Assembly (NCBI GenBank): GCA_035221665.1
Contig: CM069137.1
Location: forward strand, 54,250,001 to 54,314,000
Length of the DNA: 64,000 nucleotides
DNA from: Okamejei kenojei
Lineage: Eukaryota
Direction of reading: 5' to 3'
Made by a program: the position numbers and the translations under genes. Position 1 is the stretch's first letter; the number at the start of each line of letters is the position of its first letter. The notes beneath the pieces are model-generated. The model did no database searches, was not told the origin of the DNA, and saw only the letters and a program-made list of their open reading frames with translations. Shown one piece after another: positions 50,638-63,900 of the stretch.

Positions 50638-52421
50638 GTAGGTTACTGCTCTTATCTCAAGGCTGCCATAAATCTTGTCACAGATTCTGCTTAGCTCTCG
50701 GTTAGAGAGTTTGCATGTTTTTCTTCCATTAGTGTCACTACAGTGGTGAAGGTGCATTGGTTTCCACCGTTGATCAGCCAATAGCAAAGCAAAACTGCCC
50801 CATATCACCAGCAAAGACCTGCAAGGAACCACCAACCTTCAGTCCAGTTTATATGACTACCTAGAATATTTAAGTATACAGGGAATGAGACAAAACACAT
50901 AATTAGACTAAATAGTTTGTGTGAAATTATTTGAGTATCGACTTTAATGAGCTAAAAGTTTTCTGCCACTTAATAGTTACAGACTAAACCAAAAATGTAA
51001 TCTCTAACCAGGAACTGATGGTGTTCCAAATGGCTGTTGGGCCACAAGTCTGCAAGTTAATTGCAAAATGTTAGTCTTTTATGACTGCTTTGCGACTTGT
51101 GTTTTCATATTCCATGACAGAATTCACTGAGGCATCAGAGACGAATACATTAAGGTAAATGCCAGTCAAGTCACGTCTATTGTCATATGCATGTACAGTT
51201 GTGAGGTGCAGGTACAATGAATATATTGCATGCTGCAGCATCACAGATGCATAGAATCAGATAACACAGAAAAACATAAATTACACAAAGTCTACAAGAC
51301 AGTGAAACCATAAAGACGGTTTCATATAGCAAAACACGTGCAAAAGTACACAATTAGAAACAAATTCACGGTAGTGCAAGAGATAGTCCATAGTTTTCTA
51401 TTGCTGAGGTAAGATCAGGGTTGCATAGGTGGTTCACGTACCTGATGGTTGTAGGCAAGTATCTGTTTCTGAACCTGGTGGTGTGGGACTTTAGGCGATG
51501 GTGAGGTGGAGTGTGCCCATTATAGACCAGCCTGGAGTCCACTGCTCTCTGCAGCCTCTTGCATTGGAGTTGTCATACCAGGCCATTATGTAACCAGTGA
51601 AGATGCAACCCTGTCCCATGTGTAGGCTGTTGCCCCTGATCACCTCAGATCTAGTAGTAACACAGAGTACTGCTAGACTAGATATAATTAAGGAAATAGA
51701 AACAGCCAGTAGTTTTGCCCTCAGGCATTGATACAAGAATGCATCAAAAACTGACTAGTGATATCTAGTAAATCCTCAAACAAGCATTATCCCAAGGACT
51801 GGTCGGAACATCAGCACCATATGTTGCAATTGAGGTGAGGAACAATGCAAAGAAAAATAATAATGAGCTTTAGTACAAGGTAGATCACCGCAAGAACTTT
51901 CAACAGAGGCCAGTGCACCCTCACACTGTCCCATTAAAGGGGGAGGAAGTGGAATGTGGGCAGATAATCTGAAGGCCTTCCATTGAAGATGAGTGTTTCA
52001 CCCTCGGGATCACGTTCTGTAAATACTAATGGAAGAAGTGAGAAGCAATTCCTGATGGAAGGACCCAGGGTAAACTGAATAACGGGTGTAAATGCATTGC
52101 ACATTGTAGCAGGGCTATGGGGTGTTCAGAAGGAGCATTCCCACTGGATGACTGCAAGGAAGATGGTAGCCATCCTCAATAGAGGCACAGATGCTGTGGA
52201 AAGTGCAGCCAGCAACAAAAGATGTTTCAGGTGGGAGGGAAGGAGGAAGATAGACACAAAATGTGGAGTAACTCAGTGGGTCAGGCAACATGTCTCGAGA
52301 AAAGGGGCCTTTTCAGGTCAAGACCCTACTTGGAATGAGTGTCAGGAGAGAGGGAAACTAGAGGTATAAAAAGGTATGCAACAAATCAGAGCCGGCCCGA
52401 TGACCAACAGTGGAGCGCACA

Positions 52422-52622
52422 ATGGAAGAAAGAAGGGTAGGAGGAAGGGGAAGGAAGGAAAAGGGGAGGAAGGGAGACAGGCAAGGAGGATGGGAGGGAG
52501 AGGATGTGAGACCGGGGGGATTAAGAGAGAAAGGCAAGGAGGGAGGAAGGAAGTGGAAGAGGAAGGATAGGCAGAAAAGAGAGGAGGGAGAGAAAGTGGG
52601 GAGAGAGAAAGGGAGGGAGGAG
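52422..52622. repeat. Polypurine (GA-rich) low-complexity tract
   Basis: About 200 bp almost entirely G/A on the + strand. Confidence 0.9.
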
Positions 52623-53062
52623 ATACGCAATTGCATTTTGATCTTTAAGGATATGTTATGTAGGAAGTGTGAGAGCAAGGACTGATTGTGCTGATTTATT
52701 TTTGTGATGTTTAGTGGCTACATACAAGGGAGCACTATCCTGTTTTTCTTCCAAGTAGTGACATGAGGGAGTAAATGGGGCCGGGTTCATCCACTGCAGC
52801 TAGAATTTGTCAGACAGCAGACAATTTGCAATTGGAACCTGATACCCCCTCCCCCTCCCCTTAGAATGGATAACAGTATTACAATCTGTCCGAGAAGCTT
52901 CACCAGAAACCCAAAAGCACAATGACTGAGTTAAAACAATAAAATGCAGAAGATAAATCAGTCTGTTAGTTCCTTGCTGCACACGAGTTGTTCATTATCT
53001 CTGTTTAAAAATACAGAGAGGGATTCTGACAGGAATTCAGAAAGACAGCTCCTCTCCTGACA

Positions 53063-53066
<4 letters not shown>

Positions 53067-53118
<52 letters not shown>
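53067..53118. repeat. (TC)26 microsatellite forming the polypyrimidine tract of exon 25
   Basis: Perfect TC run directly followed by the AG acceptor at 53119-53120. Confidence 0.95.
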
Positions 53119-53120
<2 letters not shown>

Positions 53121-53183
53121 GGAACAGAAGGCTTCCCTGGTCCCAAAGGCGATGATGGTGAACCAGGAGACCCAGGGAATGAT
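53121..53183 (+). CDS. col6a1: COL6A1 exon 25 (Gly-X-Y)
   Basis: (tc)n-ag| GTEGFPGPKGDDGEPGDPGND |gtaagt; 63 nt. Confidence 0.95.
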
Positions 53184-55971
53184 GTAAGTAGTGACTTCAA
53201 AGAGCTGTTTGGCAAACTTTGGTGTTAGAGAGAATGTTTTTGAATTGGATTCAGATCCTTAAATCATTCAGCCTGTGCTGCTTTCCACACTGAGACCTCA
53301 TCAGTGCAACGTAGGTATCCCCACTGGTGTGGCCTCCCTGAGGAACTCGGGAATGACCATATGACCTGTTTCTGGGTTAATGATTTGTAGCGCTGAAAAT
53401 TCTCTCCAAACAAACATCTCTGGGAGGTTGCAGATGTTGGAATCTGGAACAAAAACCAAACAGCTGGAGGAACTCAATGGTTCAAGACACTGCATCTGTA
53501 AATAAAGTTATTGGGATATTTTACAATCTAGTCAGAATATTTTCTAGTAATTTCACACTCAAATATGGGTGTGTGTTGTCCATGCGTGAACTGTAAGCCT
53601 CTGAGAGGAGTAATTAAACACAATCACTTTTCATTTTTGCCCAGAAATGTTGACGTTTTTAAATGCGTGTGGGATGGGCATGTGAGAGAAAATAGTTGCA
53701 GGGGAATAAGTGGGGAAGTGACAATAGACAATAGGCAATAGACAATAGATGCAGGAATAGGCCATTCAGCCCTTCGAGCCATTCAATGTGATCATGGCTG
53801 ATCATCCACAATCTGTAGTGGGGTCAACAGGGTTGCTTTGAGAGCCTGACCATGAGACTATATGAGAAATTTGTATACGGTGTTAAACGCAAACTGCTGG
53901 ATGATTTGTGGTTCAGCCCTCTCCCTCTAACAGTTTGTGCTTTGCTCAAAATGTCAGCACCTGCAGATTTTTGTGTCTGCACAAAAGAGCAACGTGATCT
54001 GAAACCATCTCTTCCCTCTGAAAATGTTAAACACACATGTTTTGCTCATCCTAGTTTAAAGGCAAGTATTACCCCTATTTAAATTACTCTTTCCGCCAAT
54101 TTTGATAATGATCAGAAGGAGTTTGTTTGATCTCAGAAGAAGCATGGCGCCATGAGAAGCTCTTTCGCTCCTCAGTCACCAGCAGCCTTCATTCAGATCT
54201 TGTCCATTTGTCTGATGTGTATATCAACTATTTACCAATCTTCGCCTTGGACTCACACTGTGAATAAAAAGAGGCCCTTTGGCCCACCATGTTCAGGTCC
54301 ATCATTAAGCGCCCACTTGCATCAATCAAATTTTATTCTTCCCATATTTCCAATTTCCCTCAGACTATGCTATCACCTATACACTAGGGGTAACTTACAG
54401 TAGACAATTAACCTCCTGACCCATACATTTGTGGGAGGAAACTGGGAGAATGCAACCTCAGGATCGAACCTGGGTCACCGGAGTTGGGACAGCAACTCTA
54501 CCAGATGCACCACTGTGCCATTGTGATCTGTACTGGATGAATAAACCTTAACAAGTTCAAATGGTCTTCATTTGCGTGGAGAAAAAACAGGCAGGTTAGG
54601 ATTAGGTTTGGGTCTGATCCCACCTCCAATGGAACAGTGTGCCAACCCTCACTGTGCACACGAATTGAGCGAGGCTCCTGAGAAGGTGGGTGCTCTTCAC
54701 TACTTCTGGCCTGCCCCACTAATGGAACCAAATTGCAATGTGAACAGGGATGAGCAACAAGTTGTAGGGGAGTGGTTCTGGGGGAGGAAAGAGTCCTCTT
54801 TATTTCAGATGCCAATCAAAATCTTAAGTATTTTCTCAGCTGAAGTGAGGAGATATTTTGGGATGTGTCTCCAGTAATGTAAGAGCTACAAAGGTTGAGT
54901 GAGTCTGGTGAACACATTGAGCTGCCCCAACTCAGCTGTTCGCTTTCTTTCACACACATGCTGAACAGTGCTGCACTCTTCAAAGCCCTGCTGTCATTGT
55001 AAGGCCATCAAGGTGAAAGCCTCGCAGGCTGCAACGCTTCACAAAAATGTCTGCAAAATGGGTGCCGAGGCAGAGTGAAGTTAGGTAGATCTTCTATCCT
55101 TCCCATTCCAGATGTTTGTGCAGTTAAAAAAAATATTCCCTTGCAATGACAGCAGTGTGCATTCATATTGCACCTTTAGTACAGCTTACATGGGAGTCCG
55201 ATCAAACAAAATCAAAGTTATCGCCAAGGAAGTATTGATGGTTTTGACCCAAAGCTCAGTAAAAGCATTTGCAGGAAAGGAAAAAAGTGCTTACAAAATG
55301 TCAATGGTGGAATATGCTGGCTTTGATCTTTTACATATTGAATGCAGAGAATTCTTGGAATTGGTGCGTCATATTTGAGGAGGGAGCTCACATCTGGAAT
55401 TCAAGTGACTTGCAGGGTTACGGGGCTGATGCTGGACATTCTCCGAGCCCATCCCTTGTATCTCTGACCTCCTTTTCACCATGTTCAGCATGCATTGGGA
55501 TGGCTGAGCCCAAAGCCTGTCACATCCTTCACTAAAGCTTCATATCTACCTTTTAAGACCAAGCTTTTTGCTCACTGTTGGGAATGTTTTGCAGTGCTAC
55601 AGGTACTAATAAATGCATGTTGTTACTCATTGAGATAGCTCCCTCTGGCTCACTGGTCCATATGTCCACTGGGGGAACAGCTGTGAGAGTAGAATGTCAA
55701 ATGAACCCAGTAACTATTTCCTCCTACTCTTACAGTTCCCTTGTTGTCCTACAATTGTGAAACAACTGAGCTGACTTCACTGGTTCATTGCCAACTTCCC
55801 TGTCCTCTTTACTTATTTTACATCTTTACTACTCTATCGTCTTTATTTCTGGGTTGTTCAGTGATTGCAGCCTGGTTAGCTCTCTCTGGATCCCATGAGA
55901 TCTCACCTTCCAGATGGCCGAAGCATGCAGGACTTTACCGAAAGTCTTCCTAAAGTCCATTCAGGAATGAC

Positions 55972-56256
55972 CTACTGCGCTTCCCTCCTGATCTTCCTTC
56001 TGATCTTCTGTTCAAAAAACTCAATCAAATATTTGAAGCACAATTTCTCACACACAATGCAATGCTGACTATTCCTAATCAGTCCAAATGGGGGATTCCT
56101 AATCAGTCCTTGCTCTTCCAAATGCAGGTACATCCTGTCTCTCAGAACCTCCTTGAGTAACTTTCCCACCACTGATGCAAGGCTCACTGGCCAGTGGTTC
56201 TCCAACTTGTCCATGTTGGCTTTCTTAAGTAAAGGCACAGCATTGGCCTCCCTCAA
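55972..56256 (-). mobile_element. CR1-like LINE RT fragment
   Basis: ANAVPLLKKA..DKLENHWPVSLASVVGKLL...GLIRNSQH...LIEFFE, the N-terminal part of CR1 RT, with an internal 15-bp duplication (ATTCCTAATCAGTCC x2). Confidence 0.8.
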
Positions 56257-56415
56257 GCATGATACAAAAATCTCTGCAAGGTTCCCTGAAGATTTGTTTT
56301 AATGTTATTAAGGACTTAATGCAATCTGACAGCATTATAGTCACCTTTGCCTTGCTGAGAATAGAGTTAATGCCACTGCACTGCATGTCAACGCAATGTA
56401 TCCAACATACACAGT

Positions 56416-56630
56416 GTGTAGAAAGGAACTGCAGAAGATATACACAAAAAGCTGGGGTAACTCAGTGGGTCAGACAGAATCTATGGCGAAAAGGAATAGG
56501 TGACATTTCAGGTCGAGATCCTTCTTCAGTCTCAAAGGTCCGAAGAAGGGTCTCAACCCAAAATGTACCTATTCCTTTTCCCCAGAGATGATGTCTGAAC
56601 TGCTGAGTTACTCCAGCTTTTTGTGTCTAT
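56416..56630. mobile_element. Second palindromic Penelope pLTR-derived insertion, older, TSD-flanked
   Basis: Inverted arms of ~90 bp around ~56530 with decayed hammerhead cores; direct repeat CAACAT(A/G)CACAGT at 56403-56415 and 56631-56643. Confidence 0.78.
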
Positions 56631-59329
56631 CAACATGCACAGTCCTCTACAAAGAGAAGGTCAGTTACATGGCTGTTTCTGCTCAAAGCAAACACTAGCT
56701 GGCAAAGTCCCAAATGCACAGATTTGGAATGATTACAGTTTCTTTTTTATTTAACTTTAATGTCTTATTTTGTCGTGGGATTTTTTTTCTCACTGCAACA
56801 GATGTGTAAGATATTGCCCAAACTCCTTTCAAGGTTACTCAAGGTTCTGGGTCGGACGTGCAGCCTTTGCTTCATCTCACAGCCATCACACAGCATGGGG
56901 GAATGGCTGTCCAATGGCTGGGAGAAGACCCCATTGTGTGTTTGGAAAGTGGCCATCTCATGGATCCAACGTGTGCTGAATTGTCAAAGAATTGTGTGGT
57001 TTCACCCCACCTTGGATTTATATACTGCCTTAAAGAAATTTGCCAAGAAATTCAGCAGCACAATGTGGTTTCTTATGTTGTCATTAGGCAACTGAAAACT
57101 CATTTCTCTTGGATTATCATGTATCAGTCTGGAAACTTGCAAGCATATAATTCTGAGGGAGTGGACAAAATAGATATCAAGATGCATCAACCTGCAGGAT
57201 TACACTGTTATACCACCTCAGGATATTTTATGTTTTCAATAACATCACCCATCAATCCTTTAAACTTTATGTCTAATTTCAGGGATAGGACAACCCTCTC
57301 ATCCCCGGATTTAACCTTGAGACTGTTTTCCGGACTGCCTCCAACCAAAACTGTAGATGGCAAGGATTGGAGATATTATTATAGTTTGCAATGGTAGGCA
57401 TTTTGCAGAAGTGCCGATTGTGGCAAAACCTGAAGGTGAGAGAGGAGAGGAACCATTAACACTCAGCTCACTCATGGTTACTGATCTGGCCATACGTGTT
57501 CCTGGAGATCAAATCAGATGTCCTTCTGACTCCATCTCCATACAGACCAACTACTGGTCACCCAACATCCCCATCCAAGTGGCACCATATTAATTACTCC
57601 CTTATAGTGACCCAGAAAAAGCCCACGTGTGGGTCTATGCCAGCTCCAACAAAGCATTCCCATCAGTCCTATTCTCCTGCCGTTATGTTCCTGTACCCCT
57701 GAAACTTATTCTCTCCCACTCATTCTCATCAACTCCCCCTTGGTTCCTTTGCCACATCACTTCACCAAGGGACAATATTCATGGACCATTTGACCATGGA
57801 CCATTTGACCAGTGCGTCTTGGGGATGTGAGGTGAAACCACACAAAATCACAGAGGAATTCACGCAAACCACACAGAGAGTACTGGAGGTCAGGGTCAAA
57901 ACCAGGTGGATGGAAATGGGAGGCTGCGCTTCCAACCACTTGGCCACTTCCCAGACAGTTGCCCAACTAGCTAGTGCTTCACTTGGTCAAACAATCTCTT
58001 CATTCTCAGGAAAACGTTAACATTTAACAAATATGTATATCAAGAAAATTTAAATAGAGTATAACCACCAGTTTATTGATCACTATGGTTGGTTGCCGTC
58101 ATGTTTTGAAGATTAATCTTTAGATTAAATCTGTACATTTAGTTCAGTTCAGTTATTGTCATGTGTACCAAGGTACAGTGAAAAGCTTTTGCATTATAGA
58201 CAATAGGCAATAGGTGCAGGTGTAGGCCATTCGGCCCTTTGAGCCAGCACCGCCATTCAATGTGATCATGGCGTGCTAACCAGTCAGTGGACTGGTTGCG
58301 TGCTAACCAGTCAGCGGAAGGTCTATACTTGATTACAATCAAGTCTGCCGCAGTGTACGGTATATTTCAAAGAGCATAATGTTTAGTGTAAATTAAAGTC
58401 CAATTAATGATAGTCCGAGTGTCTCCAATGAGGTAGATGTTAGCAAAGGACCGCTCTCTAGTTGTTGATAGGATGATTCAGTTGCCTGATAACAGAAGGG
58501 AGGAGCATGAAAGTCCCAGAAGATCAGCAGCCACAGTAACGGTGTTGCCTGAATCCTAGGAGGTGCCCTATTCACAACATTGGTTCTGCAACTTGGCTAC
58601 GAGAATTCATGCTGTCCACTTGTCTCCACCTTCCTCCCCAGATTACGTCAAAGTTACTAACAATGCATTAGGGATAATTCAGAATGATAATCCAGAACCT
58701 GAAGCACTAAAGAAAATGATAGAGCTTGTCCTGTTCCCAAAGATAAGCAATCTCCAGGTGATTCCAAAGAAAACATGCATTCTGTATGTACAACATCCAA
58801 ATCGGCATAAACTGCCAATGACAAATTTGTAAACCATTTTGCTTGCACTTATAAACATTGCCATAGAGAGAATCTCAAACTATTTTATAAGCCTTGTTTA
58901 GACAAACCAGTGTGACAGCATTGAAAGTAGATGGGGATGAGAAGTTTAACATCAAGTTACCGCTGACTGACGCAAGGATCGTTCCTTGTCCCAAGATCTC
59001 ATGCCAGGAGACAGAAATCTTGGCAAGGTCTTGTCTTTTATTTGGCATAGACAAGACCTTGCGCCTTCACAAGCTCATGGAAAGTCAACCAATTTTTTTT
59101 TTTTGAAGTGTAGTCACTGTTCTGTTACAAGCAGTGGCACGATGACACAACCAGTGGTATAGCTACCTCACAGCTCCAGCAACCCAGGTTAAATCCTCAC
59201 CTTTGGCACTGTGTGGGGAATTTGCACCTTCTCCCCATGACTGTGTGGGTTTCCTCCAAGTGCTCCAGTTTCTTCATACATCTCAAGGTTAAAGAGGTCG
59301 GTTCCTTAACTGACCACTGTAAATTACTC

Positions 59330-60016
59330 ATAGATACATAGAAAATAGGTGCAGGAGTAAGTCATTTGGCCCTTCCAGCCAGCACTGCTATTCAATGTTA
59401 CCATGGCTGATCATGCACAATCTGTACCCCATTCCTGCCATCTCCCCATATCCCTTGATTCCACTAGCCCTAAGAGCTCTATCTAAATCTCTTTTGAATG
59501 CACCCAGAGTCGGCCTCCACTACCTTCTGAGGCAGATAATTTCACAAATTCACAACTTTAGGTGAAAACGTTTTTCCTCATCTCAATTCTAAATGGCCTA
59601 CCCCTTATTCTTAAACTGTGGCCCCTGGTTCTGGACTCCCCCAACATTGGGAACATGTTTCCTGCATCTAGCATGTCCAATTCCAGATTAATTTTGTATG
59701 TTTCTATAAGATATCCTCTCATCCTAAATTCCAGTACATACAAGCCCAGTCGTTCCATTCTTTCATCATATGACACCCGCCATCCTGGGAATTAACCTCG
59801 TAAACCTACGCTGTGCTCCCTCAATAGCAAGAATGTAATTCCTCAAATTAGGAGACATAAACTGCACACAATACTCCAGGTGTGGTCTCACCAGGGCCCT
59901 GTAGAACAGCAGAATGACCTCTTTGCTCCTATACTCAAATCCTCCCATTATGAAGGCCAACATGCCATTAACTTTCTTCACTGCCTGCTGTATCTGCACG
60001 CTTACTTTCAGTGACT
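59330..60016 (-). mobile_element. CR1-like LINE 3' part nested inside a sense SINE
   Basis: Minus ORFs 59766-59999 (QQAVKKVNGMLAFI...[15 protein letters not shown]) and 59558-59776 (YDERMERLGLY...SRTRGHSL). SINE head at ~59130-59329 and SINE tail at ~60017-60180 lie on either side. Confidence 0.88.
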
Positions 60017-61016
60017 CCTTGTAGATAGATGAGAGGTAGAACCTGTAGCGGTGGGGAGGTGGGGGAGAGCTGACGGGAATATGGGGAGAATAAATTGGGT
60101 CAGTGTAGGATTAGTGTGTTTGGTGGTTGGCCTGGACTCAATGAGCTGAAGCGACTGTTTCCATGCAGTACCGCTCAATGATTCTTCACTATAATACAGG
60201 AAATTCAGCAGCCAACTTTTGCGAGGAAAAACAATAATGACCAGAGTCCGTTTTAGTGATAAATGCAGCTCACAGCACGAAGATGAATTGCCTTCTTATG
60301 AACATCTGGCAGGCAAACATGAATCCAGTCTTGTTGTCTCATCCAAAATTCATAATGTCTGTTGGAGTCACCTTCCCCAAGCATTGCACTTGGCATCTAG
60401 TCTGCCCTCCATGCTCAAGCTTCTATAATAGAGTTTGAACCCATGATTACCGAGCAGAGCGGAGAGCCACACATACTGTACAAGAGCATTGCTTCCTTCA
60501 AGAATCAAAACTAAAGAGTTGCTGGAAACGCTCAAAGAGACATTGATGTTTCTCTCTCCACAGATGAAGCCTGACCTGAAGAGTATTTTCTATTTTCATT
60601 TCCAGTGCCCATTGTTTGCATGATATTTTTTTTTTTCATCGTGAATTTCAATATATGTATTGTCAGTGCATATACTTTTAGAAGCTGGGGAAGAGTGGAG
60701 GTATATAAATCTTCATTCCTCTTGGATATCGCATAGGTCTGTAATCCTTCTTCAGACATAATTGATGGATCTAATGTTTAGCCCACTGATTCATTATTGC
60801 TGCAGAGGAGGATGGCTGAACTTTGTTGCCTTCCCTCACAGTGGGAAACTTTGTGGGGATGTTTATGTTAAAGACTATCGTGTGTTGTGTTCTTTTTTAT
60901 TCGTGTGGCTGTATGGTGACCCAAATTTCACTGTACCAATTGGTGCATGTGACAATAGATGTCTCTTGAATCTTGAATCTTGACCATGTAAACTTTTATC
61001 CCTGTTTTTCTTTCAG

Positions 61017-61082
61017 AATTCTATTCTAGGAGAAAAGGGTCGCAAAGGGGCCAAGGGTTACAGAGGATCCGAGGGCGAAGAG
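61017..61082 (+). CDS. col6a1: COL6A1 exon 26 (second helix interruption + Gly-X-Y)
   Basis: tttcag| NSILGEKGRKGAKGYRGSEGEE |gtaagg; 66 nt; KGAKGYRG conserved with human. Confidence 0.95.
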
Positions 61083-62287
61083 GTAAGGATGTTGATATTG
61101 CGCTGATCTTTTGTCAAGTTGGCTTGCTTGAATGCGAAAGATCAACAAAGGTGACGTGCCAGTCTTCGCTCAGGGTGTGCACTGCACTCCTCCTCACCTG
61201 GATCATTTAGACTGCATGAGTAAAGAACGCCATTTTATTTCAAACTGTTAGTTTCACTCTACCTGTGTTGGCTCCTGCTGCACAAGGCAATCCAAGGCAA
61301 AGAAGCCCACCCATCATTTTAAACATTAATTTCTTCCATCACCACTGCTCTGCGGCTGCAGTGTATACCATTGACAAACCACTCTCCAGGTTTACACCCA
61401 CTCCAGTTGCCCCTGCTAAACCTGTGATCTCTCCCCGTGTTAAGGAAGCAGGGCAGCCTGTGTATGGGATCTGTGGATTCCCCAGCAAGTCTCACACCAT
61501 CCCACATGGAACTATTGTCTCCACTCCACTAATGTCACTGAGTCTCAATCAGTTCCTCCTTCCCTAATGGCACTGCAGGAGCACCTTCACCAGAAGGTCA
61601 ACGACAGTTCATGGCCACACACCATGACTTTCTGGGTGAGGGTGAACAATAAATAGTGCCTTCCCAATGGCATGCATTTCCCAATAAATAGATGAATAAA
61701 TAAATCGATGAATAAATAAATAAATTGGTCTGTTTATTATTGTCATCTGCACATAGAAACAAAGAAAATAGGTGCAGGAGTAGACCATTCGGCCCGTCGA
61801 GCCAGCACTGCCATTCAATATGATCATGGCTGATCATCCAAAATCAGTGCCCAGTTCCTGCTTTTTCTCCATATCCCTTGATTCCGTTAGTCCCAAACAG
61901 CTAAACCTAACTCTCTCTTGAAAACATGTACCGAGATACAGTGGATAAAAAGGGATCTTGTTTGCATGCTATCCTGTCAAATGATACCATCGATTAATAC
62001 ATTTGAGCCATTACACAAGTGCAACAGATAGCGCAAAGAAAAAAATGACCGGTGTATAGAATATTGTGTTACAATATTACAGAGAAAGTGCATATTAAAA
62101 AAGGAGCCGCAATGAGATAGGTGGGTGATCCTTGGTTTTTGAGAGGTCTGTTCTATAGGCTGATGACAGCGGGGAAGAAACTTTTCCCTGCTGAATGAAA
62201 AGGGTGTGCAGATATACAAAAGCAAAATGAATGAAATCTCCACTGGGATTATGAATGATAACTTTATTTATTCTCATGTATTTCCAG

Positions 62288-62323
62288 GGACCCCCAGGTC
62301 CCCCGGGACCACCAGGACCTTCT
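62288..62323 (+). CDS. col6a1: COL6A1 exon 27 (end of triple helix)
   Basis: ttccag| GPPGPPGPPGPS |gtgagt; 36 nt. Confidence 0.94.
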
Positions 62324-62423
62324 GTGAGTACATGATGAACTCCTTTATAATGTTAATAAGATGAATTACCGAACTATCAACCACGGAATGGTACATTACT
62401 TAACTTTATGCTTTTGTTTTCAG

Positions 62424-62460
62424 GAATGCGAAATATTGGATATCGTTAAGCGTATGTGCT
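62424..62460 (+). CDS. col6a1: COL6A1 exon 28
   Basis: tttcag| ECEILDIVKRMC(S) |gtaagt; 37 nt; human ECEILDIIMKMCS. Confidence 0.95.
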
Positions 62461-62654
62461 GTAAGTGGACAATCATTTGAACTTATCTCTTAAAAACCCG
62501 AGTGTCTGGACATACCACTAGGATATATATCTATGTCTCCTAGTTATGTTAACATCTTACATCTGCTGAAGCGTTAACTTACCTAGGACTCTGCTAAAAG
62601 TGACATACCATGCAATGCAGCAGACATCTAACTGAGTCTTAAAGCTCATACTTC

Positions 62655-63272
62655 ATAGAAACATAGAAAATAGGTGCAGGAATAGGCCATTTATCCCTTT
62701 GAGCCAGCACTGCCATTCAATATGATCATGGCTGATCATCCAAAATCAGTACCCCGTTCTGGCTTTTTCTCCATATCCCTTGATTCCCTTATCCCTAAGA
62801 GCTATATCTAACTCTCTCTTGAAAACATCCAGTGAATTTTCCTCCACTGCCTTCTGTGGCAGAGAATTCCACAGATCCACAACTCTCTGGGTGAAAACGC
62901 TTTTCCTCATCTCAGTCCTAAATGGCCTATCCCTTATTTTTAAACTGTGATCTCTCATTCTGGACTCCCCCAACGTCAGGAACATTTTTCCTGCATCTAC
63001 CCTGTCCAGTCATCCAAGAATTTTATGTTTCCACAAGATCGCCTCTCATCCTTCTGAATTCCAGCGAATACAAGCCCAGTCGACATATTCCTTCATCACA
63101 TGTCAGTCCCGCCATCCCTGGAATTAACATGGTGAACCTACGCTGCATTCCCTCAAATTAGGAGACCAAAATTGCACACAATACTCCAGGTGCGGTCTCA
63201 CCAGGGCCCTATACAACTACAGTAGGACCTCCTTGATCCTAAACACAAATCCTCTCGCAATGAAGGCCAACA
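62655..63272 (-). mobile_element. CR1-like LINE 3' part
   Basis: Minus ORF 62746-62985 (GESRMRDHSLKI..FTQRVVDLWNSLPQKAVE..FKRELD); tail CATAGAAACATAGAAAATAGGTGCAGG; highly similar to 59330-60016. Confidence 0.88.
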
Positions 63273-63900
63273 TTCTCCTCACAGCTCACACTGTCACCCA
63301 GCTTTGTGTCATCCGCATACATGCTAATGTATGTGTCATTTCCGTACATGCTAATAGTGGACTTTAGGTTAATTCACCTTCCCAGCTCCCAGTCCTTAAC
63401 CCTGCAGGTTACAGCTCTTCATGTGTACATTCTTGTACTTTGTTTGGGGGGGGGGGTTCTGCTTTCCGCACTCTTTCAGGCAGCAGGTTCTAGATGCCCA
63501 CTTTCAAATTCAACAAATCTTTCTCAGTTCTCTTCTAATCTTTCAACCAATTAACTCAACTAGTCAACAAGCTCCCTGGCAAGGGAAATTACTCCTTCCT
63601 GTTTATTCTATCTTGGCCTTTTATTGTCTTTTACATCTCCCTCCGGTTTCCTTCGATCCAGAGAAAACAGCCCAACCTATAACTTTAACTCTTTAAACCT
63701 GATGACATCTTCCAACCCCGCACTACCTCCTGTATTGCACATCCGAGTTGTAAGGTGGTGACTAGGAATGTACACAGCACTCTCACTATGACTCTTCTAA
63801 CATAGTTTCCTGCCTTTGTGTTCACTCTCAATAATCATATGTACCACATTAACTTTATTTTTACATGGTTTGCTTATTTTGTTTTCTTTTTATTTAACAG

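Noticed and set aside
52358-52685. Charged or Pro/Leu-rich ORFs on both strands
   Set aside because: Artefacts of the polypurine low-complexity tract.
56760-57593. Cluster of overlapping ORFs including a 179-aa ORF (possible nested gene)
   Set aside because: No recognisable domain, non-ATG starts and no splice-consistent structure; most likely decayed TE or intronic sequence.
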